A DNA stretch of 20,746 nt, taken from positions 1 through 20,746 of the forward strand of contig JAEOUH010000026.1 in assembly GCA_016839365.1 (NCBI GenBank). Reading direction: 5' to 3'. Shown here piece by piece: positions 1 through 8,065 of this stretch (position 1 is its first letter; each line of letters begins with the position of its first letter). The notes beneath the pieces were generated by a model. It was not told where the DNA came from. It saw only the letters and a program-made list of their open reading frames with translations, and searched no databases. Source of the stretch: Candidatus Hermodarchaeota archaeon. GTDB lineage: Archaea; Asgardarchaeota; Hermodarchaeia; Hermodarchaeales; Hermodarchaeaceae. The translations under genes and the position numbers were made by a program.

Positions 1-33
1 AGGACTATTATCGAATTTGTTAATACATTGTAA
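1..33 (+). CDS. Probable 3' end of an upstream gene (partial; ...RTIIEFVNTL*)
   Basis: Frame 1 is open from base 1 to TAA at 31-33, 9 nt before the next start, which fits an operon. It is too short to assign a product. Confidence 0.35.
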   Translation, partial: RTIIEFVNTL

Positions 34-42
34 AGGGTGTGA

Positions 43-1443
43 GTGGTCTCTATCATGTTTCCTGCCGTGTTTGCCATAATCTTGTTCGTGACGATAATTC
101 TTCTTATTATGCTAGACGTGATGGACCACACAGCTGCCGCCCTCATTGGAGGGGTAATTGCAATTTTCTATATGGCAATGATCTGGCCAGCATGGCGAGA
201 CGTAGTGATCACCTCTCATCCAGAAGCCAACTATGACCTTCTCCCTCCCAACTTCAGTGTTGTTGTTTTCGCTTTCTTTTTCAATAAATGGGTCGACCTC
301 CCCACGCTCATACTTATCCTTTCAATGATGGTCATCACTGAAATCGCAAAAGATTCTGGCGTCTTTCAATTCATCTCAGTACATGCAATCAAATTCACAA
401 AAGGCGATACTCGCAAGCTGCTGATTATTTTATGTGCCTTAAGCTTCGCCATGACCACCGTTCTAACTCAAATAACTACAATCTTGATTATGGGGACTTT
501 GACCTTTCTCGCCTGCGATGCTTTAGAAATTAATCCTGTGCCGTTTCTCATATCCATTGCTCTTGCCTCCAATGTCGGTGGAATTACATCGATGATAGCT
601 AGTGTCCCTGCGATGCTAGTTGCTGGAGCTACCCTCTATAGTTTCCCCTGGTTCATCATCAACATGATGCCATTAGGGCTGATATTAATCGCAGTCATGC
701 TGTTTGTGGTCCTGCGTCTCTTCCGTAAAGATCTCATCAAACCTCGACGCGCTCGGATTGAGGATCTCATGGAGCTTAATCCTTGGGAGATGGTTCCAAG
801 TCGCCCAGTATTTTACCGCACAGCCTTCCTCCTAATTCTCATCATTGCTGGATTCATTATCCTGGGATCAGCAGGACTTACATTTCTGGTTGCCCTGGGA
901 GGTGCACTCCTTTTTGTTGTGTTAAGCGGTATTCGACCTAGTCAAGTGTTTAAAGAAATTGAATGGTCTGCATTATTCTTCTTCATCGGCTTATTCTTTC
1001 TCGTGGGACTACTCGAGGAGTTCGGGGTACTACATGCAATAGGGTATGGAATACAAGCATTGACATTAGGTAATCCGTATATTGCTGCCACCTTGATGGT
1101 GTGGATCGCAGGAATGACCAGCGGGTTCGTCGATAATATTCCAGTGACTCTCACCTTCATACCTGTAGTTAATGTTCTGGCATCGGGTCCTACCCCGATC
1201 CCCGCAGGTGCCTTATGGGCATCCTTACTTGCTGGAGCTGTGTTAGGCGGCTGTCTTACCCCAATAGCCAGCGCGGCTAACGTCCTTGTCGTAACAATTT
1301 CCGAAAAAGAAGATCGTCCAATTCCCAAGAATCGGTTCCTATTTACTGGAGTGGTTCTAACTCTGTTGTTTCTTTTATTCAGCACGCTCTATTTATTACT
1401 CAGGATATTTCTACTACCCATCGCTGCTCCTTTCGGGCTATGA
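43..1443 (+). CDS. ArsB/NhaD/SLC13 (IT superfamily) anion/cation permease, P-protein-like; paralog 1
   Basis: 466 aa, highly hydrophobic multi-TM protein. Motifs MMVITEIAKDSGVFQ, ASNVGG, EIEWSALFFFIGLF, SGFVDNIP and LGGCLTPIASAAN are typical of this family. GTG start preceded by GGGTGTGA. Confidence 0.88.
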   Translation: MVSIMFPAVFAIILFVTIILLIMLDVMDHTAAALIGGVIAIFYMAMIWPAWRDVVITSHPEANYDLLPPNFSVVVFAFFFNKWVDLPTLILILSMMVITEIAKDSGVFQFISVHAIKFTKGDTRKLLIILCALSFAMTTVLTQITTILIMGTLTFLACDALEINPVPFLISIALASNVGGITSMIASVPAMLVAGATLYSFPWFIINMMPLGLILIAVMLFVVLRLFRKDLIKPRRARIEDLMELNPWEMVPSRPVFYRTAFLLILIIAGFIILGSAGLTFLVALGGALLFVVLSGIRPSQVFKEIEWSALFFFIGLFFLVGLLEEFGVLHAIGYGIQALTLGNPYIAATLMVWIAGMTSGFVDNIPVTLTFIPVVNVLASGPTPIPAGALWASLLAGAVLGGCLTPIASAANVLVVTISEKEDRPIPKNRFLFTGVVLTLLFLLFSTLYLLLRIFLLPIAAPFGL

Positions 1444-1456
1444 CTTTGGTAAATTC

Positions 1457-1490
1457 TTCGTCAAATCTAGTGAAAAGCTTATTTGACGAA
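1457..1490. promoter_or_regulatory. Perfect 10-bp inverted repeat TTCGTCAAAT-N14-ATTTGACGAA between the transporter paralogs
   Basis: Arms at 1457-1466 and 1481-1490, read directly. Could be an operator or an RNA hairpin. Confidence 0.45.
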
Positions 1491-1559
1491 TTACCCTTAA
1501 GAAATAATAAGAGACCTGACTATTAGCAGTCAGACCGTCCACTTTAGGGCGACGATAAT

Positions 1560-3029
1560 ATGCTGATGATTTATCCGGCTGTTTTCATCAGTCTGTTGTT
1601 TATCGCAGTCATTTTGATGATTACATTCGATATGACCGACCACACTATTGCCGCCCTCATTGGTGCATCAATCGCCATTATCTATTTTGCTCAGATATGG
1701 GAACCCTGGCGCCTATCACAGATTCAGATCTATACGGATCTAGCAAACGGTTTCCTTCCTGGCAGTCCTGAATATGAGCATTTCATGGAACAAGCGCTAG
1801 GCTATCAGTTTTTACCCATCGTGTTCAATGCTGAGGTTTTTGCTCACTTCTTCGGAGAATGGGTCGACCTGTCCACCATCATCGTGATTCTTTCTCTCAT
1901 GGTCATTACCGAGATTGCCAAGGACTCAGGGTTGTTTCAATTCATTGCAGTGAAAGCTCTCCGATTCAGTAAGGGATCACCCAGAAGGTTGTTGCTCATA
2001 TTTTGTGGACTTACCTTCGCCATGTCGACCGTACTGGCAACAACAGTTCTGATCATCGGTCCATTGACGATTCTTGCCTGTGATGCTTTGGAACAGAACC
2101 CTACACCCTACCTTATTGCGAATGCGATGTGTGGAAATGTAGGTGGTATTACCACCGTAATTGCGAGTGTTCCATGCATGTTAGTCGCTGGGGCAACATT
2201 CTATGACTTTGTTTGGTTTGCAGCCACCCTGCTCCCCTTAGGCTTAATCCTGCTTGGTGTAACGGGTATGGTTGCAATCAGGTTTTTCCGACGAAAGTTT
2301 TCCAAACCACGACCCAGTCGGGTTAATGATCTCATGGCCCTTGATGCCTGGACGATGGTAGAAGACCGTAACGTCTTCTACCGCACTGCCATCTTGTTTG
2401 TGGCGATGATTATTGGTTTCATCGTATTCGGGGTGGCAGGATTTACTTGGGTAGTAGCCTTTGTTATGGCCCTCCTTTTCGTTCTCCTCAGTGGGATTCC
2501 GACTGATCGCGTTTTCAAAGAAGTTGAATGGACGTCCTTATTCTTCTTCATTGGGTTATTCTTGATTGTTGGATGCATGGAAGAGGTTTGGGTCCTGACA
2601 TTCATTGGAGGGGTGATTTCTATACTCACTGGAGGCAGTCCAGCTGCTGCAACCGTGTCAATGCTGTGGTTAACCGGGTTTACCAGTGGAGCCATTGACA
2701 ACATTCCGGTGACAGCCACCTTAATACCTGTTGCCGACTCACTAACCCGGTTCCAAATGCTTCAAGGGGCTAATCCTGGCGGAGCCATTTGGTCAGCCCT
2801 TGTTGTAGGGGCCGTCTTGGGAGGTGCTTTAACTCCAATTGCTAGTGTGGCCAATGTGATGACCATGACTGTGGCTAATAAGGAGAATCGACCAATCTCC
2901 TACGGTGAATTTCTCCGAGCAGGGGCGCTCATGTTCTTCCTATACCTTCTGATCGGGACAGGCTATCTCCTCTTACGACTATTCTTCCTACCTATTCCTC
3001 TTCCACCCGCCTATTTCATCGGGGGCTAA
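1560..3029 (+). CDS. ArsB/NhaD/SLC13 (IT superfamily) permease, P-protein-like; paralog 2
   Basis: 489 aa, colinear with paralog 1 (LMVITEIAKDSGLFQ, GNVGG, EVEWTSLFFFIGLF, SGAIDNIP, LGGALTPIASVAN). The loop after TM2 is longer. Confidence 0.88.
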   Translation: MLMIYPAVFISLLFIAVILMITFDMTDHTIAALIGASIAIIYFAQIWEPWRLSQIQIYTDLANGFLPGSPEYEHFMEQALGYQFLPIVFNAEVFAHFFGEWVDLSTIIVILSLMVITEIAKDSGLFQFIAVKALRFSKGSPRRLLLIFCGLTFAMSTVLATTVLIIGPLTILACDALEQNPTPYLIANAMCGNVGGITTVIASVPCMLVAGATFYDFVWFAATLLPLGLILLGVTGMVAIRFFRRKFSKPRPSRVNDLMALDAWTMVEDRNVFYRTAILFVAMIIGFIVFGVAGFTWVVAFVMALLFVLLSGIPTDRVFKEVEWTSLFFFIGLFLIVGCMEEVWVLTFIGGVISILTGGSPAAATVSMLWLTGFTSGAIDNIPVTATLIPVADSLTRFQMLQGANPGGAIWSALVVGAVLGGALTPIASVANVMTMTVANKENRPISYGEFLRAGALMFFLYLLIGTGYLLLRLFFLPIPLPPAYFIGG

Positions 3030-3038
3030 TTCAAATAA

Positions 3039-3710
3039 TCAATGGAAGAAGAACCAGAGCAACCCGCCATACCCGCCAAAGACAAACCACACAATAGGTA
3101 GTGCAATTGCTTGGGCAAGGGCAAGGAAGGTGAGGACCAACAGGAAGGGCCGCGACCCCATGATGGTTGTAATCAAATCGAGGATGTTTTCAGCCCATTT
3201 GAAAAGGGTGAACACAACAACACCCACAATGATGAAGATGCCAATCAGGATATACTTCAATGGGATTTGCTGTGTAATGATTTCGGGTATGATCGGTGCT
3301 AGTGCAACGACTGCAACAACGGCAATGAGGCCTGCTGCAAGACCGATAAGGGCAGCCCAAGGCAATTTGTTGATGGGTGTAAGAAAGAGTGCAATTCCCA
3401 TCCATGCTAGGAGAAAGAGTGTCAGTGGATCACCGTAGATGTTAAGGCCAGGTGTAAGGAGTATTGCGGCAAAAGATACGAAGCATAGGATGCCCATGGG
3501 AATCCCAATTAGCCCAATAAGGCGGACCATGCCCCGACGCCAATCAATGGTTGGTGTGGCTTCACCTTTTCCTTCTTCGTCGTCTTTGTTAGAGCTGCTG
3601 GGTTGATAAGTATCACCCATAAGGTTGTCTAAGAACCAAGCGAATGCAGCCATTGCTCCTAAACCAAGGAACACAGGTGCAAGGTTTGCTAGAATTATTG
3701 TCCATGACAT
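3039..3710 (-). CDS. Hypothetical integral membrane protein (~6-7 TM)
   Basis: 223 aa ORF with alternating hydrophobic segments and an acidic loop after TM1. SD GGAGGT upstream of ATG. Converges on transporter 2 with a 9-bp gap. Confidence 0.8.
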   Translation of the reverse strand: MSWTIILANLAPVFLGLGAMAAFAWFLDNLMGDTYQPSSSNKDDEEGKGEATPTIDWRRGMVRLIGLIGIPMGILCFVSFAAILLTPGLNIYGDPLTLFLLAWMGIALFLTPINKLPWAALIGLAAGLIAVVAVVALAPIIPEIITQQIPLKYILIGIFIIVGVVVFTLFKWAENILDLITTIMGSRPFLLVLTFLALAQAIALPIVWFVFGGYGGLLWFFFH

Positions 3711-3824
3711 GCAGGCGAACCTCCAGTCTATTGGTCGTTTGTGAATTGAGCCTAAAAAGGATTTGCAGTGTGGTAAATAGCTAATGACTTTCTACAGTTT
3801 CTTTTACTTCGCTAAAAACAAGCT

Positions 3825-5579
3825 CTATTTGACAATAGCCGAAACAATCTTCATTTCTTTGGCATCCACCATGCCCTTATCAGTAATCTTCAAAGCGGGA
3901 ATTACTGGCAGCGCCATGAAACTCATCGTTAAGAAAGGGTGTTCAAGGGTGCAGCCAAGGCTATGTGCTGCTGCCCGTACAGCCTGAAGCTGTTTCGCGA
4001 CTTTTTCCACTGGTTCATCGGTAATAACCCCCGCGATGGGCAACGGCAGACTAGCCAGGTTCTTCCGGCCACTAACAGCCGCTATTCCACCCATCGTCTG
4101 AGATACCGTACTTACCGCCATCAAGGCGTCCTCAGGACTCGTTGCAACACTAATGATATTGTGACTGTCATGAGCGATACTGCTCGCGATGGCTCCTTCT
4201 TTTAATCCAAAGCCTTGAATGAAGCCCACTCCGATGTGACCTCCTTTCATGTATCGCTCAGTAACTGCGATTGTAAGAATATCCCTTTCAGGATCAGGGT
4301 GCACGTACCCATCTGAGGCGTTAAGTGTGAAGATTTTAGATCCCGTAATGAGGCTGCCTTCATGTGCGATGATCACTCGAACCTTATGGTCTCCATCATC
4401 AGCTGGAATCATATAATTGAGGACTGTCGGAATCCCGCCAAAACGAATAGTACTGCGCATATCGGGGGGATACCCATATTTGGCGATTTTCACTGTCAGC
4501 CTTCCATCCTTTGCAACCACATTTCCTCGAAGAATGACTAAATCTACGTTGATTTTCTTCAAATCATCAATTAAGACGATATCCCCAATGTTTCCGGGAG
4601 CCAGATGTCCCACTCGGGGCAACTTGAAGAAACTAGCAGGATTTGCTGTCACAAGCTGTATGGCGACCAGCGGGTCGATGCCAGCATCTATTGCTCTCCT
4701 CAGACTTCGATCGAGATGGCCAACATCCGCTAGTTCAACCGGTGATAAATCATCTGAACAAATGGTTGCTCGACGAAGGTCCCGCCCTTCTTTGTAAAGA
4801 GGGAGCAAGATATCAATCATATTTCGAACAATGGATCCTTCCCGTGCCATAACGGTCATGCCGAACCGGAGACGATCCACAGCTTCTTCTGCAGTTTCTG
4901 ATTCGTGGTCCGACATAATTCCAGCAGCAATGTAGGCGTTGAGTTTCTTCCCCTTCAAACCTGGCGCATGCCCTTCAACCACCTTGCCTTGACTCCGGGC
5001 AAATTGGATTTTCAAGTGAATGTCTTCATCATTATTCAGTACAGCCGGGATATTCATGACTTCACCAAGACCAATGACCATGGGATCTTGAAGCAAGCGG
5101 TCAATGGTGAATGCATCTAGCTTGGCTCCAGCAGTTTCCAGTTCGGGTGATGCAGCCGGAACGCAACTTGGGACTTCAATGAGGATATGGAGAGGTAAAT
5201 CTCGGGCTTCTTCCATGAAAATCTCTAACCCTCGGATTCCCGTCACATTGGCAATTTCATGGGGATCAATGATTGCAGTACCTGTGCCGTGGGGAATGAC
5301 GGCTTTAGCGAATTCAGTGAGGGTGAGCATTGTGCTCTCTACATGGATGTGGGACTCGATGAAGGCTGGAGCAGCATATCGTCCTTGTCCTTTAATGACC
5401 TTGGTCTTGTTTCCTATCAGATCAGAGACATCGCCAATCCGACAGATCACCCCTTCTTTAACAGCGATGCCTCCTTCCAAGATTTCTCGGGAAATCACAT
5501 CGATTGGTTGTACATCTGTGATGACCAAATCCGCTTTGATGCGACCCATACTTGCGTCAATTAGCGTTCGCTGACTCAT
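3825..5579 (-). CDS. ade: Adenine deaminase (amidohydrolase superfamily)
   Basis: 584 aa. Signature motifs ESHIHVES, DPHEIANV, GLGEVMN, EGHAPG, SDHE, CSDD, AHDSHN and SFMALPVIP.LKITD.G. SD GGAGTGA upstream. Confidence 0.96.
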   Translation of the reverse strand: MSQRTLIDASMGRIKADLVITDVQPIDVISREILEGGIAVKEGVICRIGDVSDLIGNKTKVIKGQGRYAAPAFIESHIHVESTMLTLTEFAKAVIPHGTGTAIIDPHEIANVTGIRGLEIFMEEARDLPLHILIEVPSCVPAASPELETAGAKLDAFTIDRLLQDPMVIGLGEVMNIPAVLNNDEDIHLKIQFARSQGKVVEGHAPGLKGKKLNAYIAAGIMSDHESETAEEAVDRLRFGMTVMAREGSIVRNMIDILLPLYKEGRDLRRATICSDDLSPVELADVGHLDRSLRRAIDAGIDPLVAIQLVTANPASFFKLPRVGHLAPGNIGDIVLIDDLKKINVDLVILRGNVVAKDGRLTVKIAKYGYPPDMRSTIRFGGIPTVLNYMIPADDGDHKVRVIIAHEGSLITGSKIFTLNASDGYVHPDPERDILTIAVTERYMKGGHIGVGFIQGFGLKEGAIASSIAHDSHNIISVATSPEDALMAVSTVSQTMGGIAAVSGRKNLASLPLPIAGVITDEPVEKVAKQLQAVRAAAHSLGCTLEHPFLTMSFMALPVIPALKITDKGMVDAKEMKIVSAIVK

Positions 5580-5684
5580 GCTACTTCACTCCTGCTGTTC
5601 ACCGAACCCCACCAAAATGATGATGGTTCTGATTACCGTTCCATTCTGCCATTAAAATCTAACGTAGAAACATGGATGATGACT

Positions 5685-6368
5685 TTAGAGAGTAATAAGT
5701 TGATAAAATTCCACAAGTGGTGGAAGTAAATCTAAAGCGTCTTCACTGACGATGATTGTGCTTGCGGCTTCAGCCACCTCTTCATTAGAGGGGTTGAATG
5801 CAATAGAGAAACCTGCTGCCTGAAACATCGGAATATCATTCCGTGAATCACCGACAGCGGCACACTGAGTGAGGGGTACACCCAACTCTTGTGCGATAAC
5901 CCCTAACACTTGGTCTTTATTGTCAAACGCAACGTGAACTTGCACTCCACAGATCTTGCCGTCTTCATCAATAAGTAATTCGTTGGCTTTGCTTACATCG
6001 ATGCCAAGGACTTCTTGCACACGATTGGCAAACACTGTTAGTCCTGAACTGATAATTGCTGTTTTCAGACCATGCTTACGCAACGTATCAATAAGGGGTT
6101 TCACGTTCGCAATGAACACCAAACCCTGATCGATCGCCTCCTCGATGCGGTTGAGGGGAACGCCATGCCAGAGTGCGACATCAAGTTCAGCCCATTGGAT
6201 ATAGTCAATCTCTCCTGCATAATATTTGTCAGCATTCGGTTTTGCTGGTTCGATGGTTCCAAGCAGCTTGTGGATCCAACTCCAAGCACTCCAAATCCTG
6301 ACCAAAGTTCCGTCCAAATCAAAGGCGATTAATCCAGGGGCAGGCATTGTATATTCTGTCGACATCAT
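5685..6368 (-). CDS. HAD-IB phosphatase, archaeal phosphoserine-phosphatase-like
   Basis: Motif I AFDLDGTL followed by SAWSWIH, motif II ISSG, Lys (DNKD), motif IV VGDSRND, and a SIAFNP tail typical of SerB-like HADs. Confidence 0.88.
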   Translation of the reverse strand: MMSTEYTMPAPGLIAFDLDGTLVRIWSAWSWIHKLLGTIEPAKPNADKYYAGEIDYIQWAELDVALWHGVPLNRIEEAIDQGLVFIANVKPLIDTLRKHGLKTAIISSGLTVFANRVQEVLGIDVSKANELLIDEDGKICGVQVHVAFDNKDQVLGVIAQELGVPLTQCAAVGDSRNDIPMFQAAGFSIAFNPSNEEVAEAASTIIVSEDALDLLPPLVEFYQLITL

Positions 6369-6412
6369 GCCCTGAGAACGAAATAAAGCTTTGGAACCGC
6401 AAAACCGTTACC

Positions 6413-7924
6413 CTAAATCCAGGGAAAGAAGTAATTTGGATAATAGGCGGGATAAAAGAGGTAAACATAGAAGTACAGATAGATAATGAGCAGAAAGAAG
6501 AGAAGATAGGTAACTTGCCGTCCTTGTTTTTGGAATTGATATAATATTGCGGGACGTTTTTCAGAGGCCTGTTGCCATGCACGAAGTTGTTGAAAAAGAG
6601 CAAAGAATGGCAAGCCGAGAAAGATTAGTAAAAAAATCGTTTTGTATTTGAGTAGACCATACCAAAACAAGTGCGTGAATAATCCCACAGTAGCATACAA
6701 CAATAAAAAACCAACTCCAATTAGTATCACCCCTAATCTTGATGCCTTCTTAGGTCCGATGAATACTGCAGTTGTCTTTATTCCTGCTGCCGCATCTGCC
6801 GAATAATCTGAGGCTGTATGAATGCAATGTGTTCCTGCGTAAAACACCCCTGCACCAATCACCAAGGAGATGGGTAACACTGGTGCAGTAAGTAAGGTAA
6901 TGGGCGCAAAGGTGTAAAACCCAAACGCAGTAAAAACAGCCCACGAACCAAACCCAATTCCAATAATTGCCAAATCAAGGAATGGGCGGCTTTTCAGATG
7001 GATGGGAGGAAATGAGTAGATAAAGGCAAAAAAGTATGTCATCAAGAGAATGATTAAGAATATCATGCTAACGAGACTGGCAAAAATTATGCCAGCAATA
7101 ATGAAGGAAATGGCTATCAAGATTGCTTCTGTTTTTGTTAATCGACCTGAACTAATTGGTAAGTTAGCCTTCACATGATGGAGTCGATCGGTATCAAGAT
7201 CACTCAATTGGTTAATGATGAATATCGCCGAGTTAAAGCAACAAATCGCAATGATCCCAATAAGAAAGTATTCCCAAATATGGGCAAAATTACGGATACT
7301 CCAGGGAGACAGATTCAAAGGGGGACTCCCGAGCAGAAAGAATGAAAGAATAAATAGAAACAAAGATCCTGCCCACACAGAAATTCTGGTCAACCTTGCC
7401 AGGACTTCCCACCATAATTCAGAGCCAGACTTTTTTACCTCGAAATCAACGTTCTTAGAGATTTTTTCAGAAGTGGGAGTGTTCCGAAAATTCAGCAAAG
7501 CAATGAAGATGAAACAAGCGCTGATTAGTATAGTTATCCAAGGATTCATCGGTGGTAAGACAAACATCCAAAGAATATTCAATAGTACTGGATTTGTTTG
7601 GGCTAAATCGAGCCACGGATGTCCAATCTGTAATCCGAAAATCGTTTGTCCAGCAGAAGCAAGACAGATAATGGCAGCTATCAAGTAGACGATACTATCA
7701 TAACGATACCTCAATCCCCTAAACAGTGCTAGACGAATCAAAATCACTCCCCATACAAAAAAGAAAATAATGATAACAAGAAATCCACCATTAGCATACA
7801 GGTTCTGCATCACCTCACTTGGAAGGAAATAGCCAAGTACAAATTCGCTTAGCATTCCAAAAATAATGAAAACCAGACCAGGCAGAATAAGGGGCCAATA
7901 GGTTAACTTGGAACCAGACTTCAT
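6413..7924 (-). CDS. UbiA-family prenyltransferase with ~165-aa N-terminal multi-TM extension
   Basis: Asp-rich motif 1 INQLSDLDTDRLHHVKANLPISSG, YSFPPIHLKSRPFLD, and motif 2 HTASDYSADAAAGIKTTA. At 503 aa it is well over the ~300 aa of a normal UbiA. Confidence 0.85.
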   Translation of the reverse strand: MKSGSKLTYWPLILPGLVFIIFGMLSEFVLGYFLPSEVMQNLYANGGFLVIIIFFFVWGVILIRLALFRGLRYRYDSIVYLIAAIICLASAGQTIFGLQIGHPWLDLAQTNPVLLNILWMFVLPPMNPWITILISACFIFIALLNFRNTPTSEKISKNVDFEVKKSGSELWWEVLARLTRISVWAGSLFLFILSFFLLGSPPLNLSPWSIRNFAHIWEYFLIGIIAICCFNSAIFIINQLSDLDTDRLHHVKANLPISSGRLTKTEAILIAISFIIAGIIFASLVSMIFLIILLMTYFFAFIYSFPPIHLKSRPFLDLAIIGIGFGSWAVFTAFGFYTFAPITLLTAPVLPISLVIGAGVFYAGTHCIHTASDYSADAAAGIKTTAVFIGPKKASRLGVILIGVGFLLLYATVGLFTHLFWYGLLKYKTIFLLIFLGLPFFALFQQLRAWQQASEKRPAILYQFQKQGRQVTYLLFFLLIIYLYFYVYLFYPAYYPNYFFPWI

Positions 7925-8065
7925 TATGATAAACAGGATATGGAAGCCATATTTAATTCAGCAAGTCAAAGCCTTATTGAAGAGTCTTGTTGTCGAATAG
8001 CAGGAACTTAAATACAGCCTCTCAATTCCTTATCGCAAGCACAGATACTGGGTTGCTGGTGAAAG

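Noticed and set aside
942-2719. Antisense ORFs 942-1385 and 2378-2719 that resemble each other
   Set aside because: They are shadows of the two paralogous transporter genes on the opposite strand.
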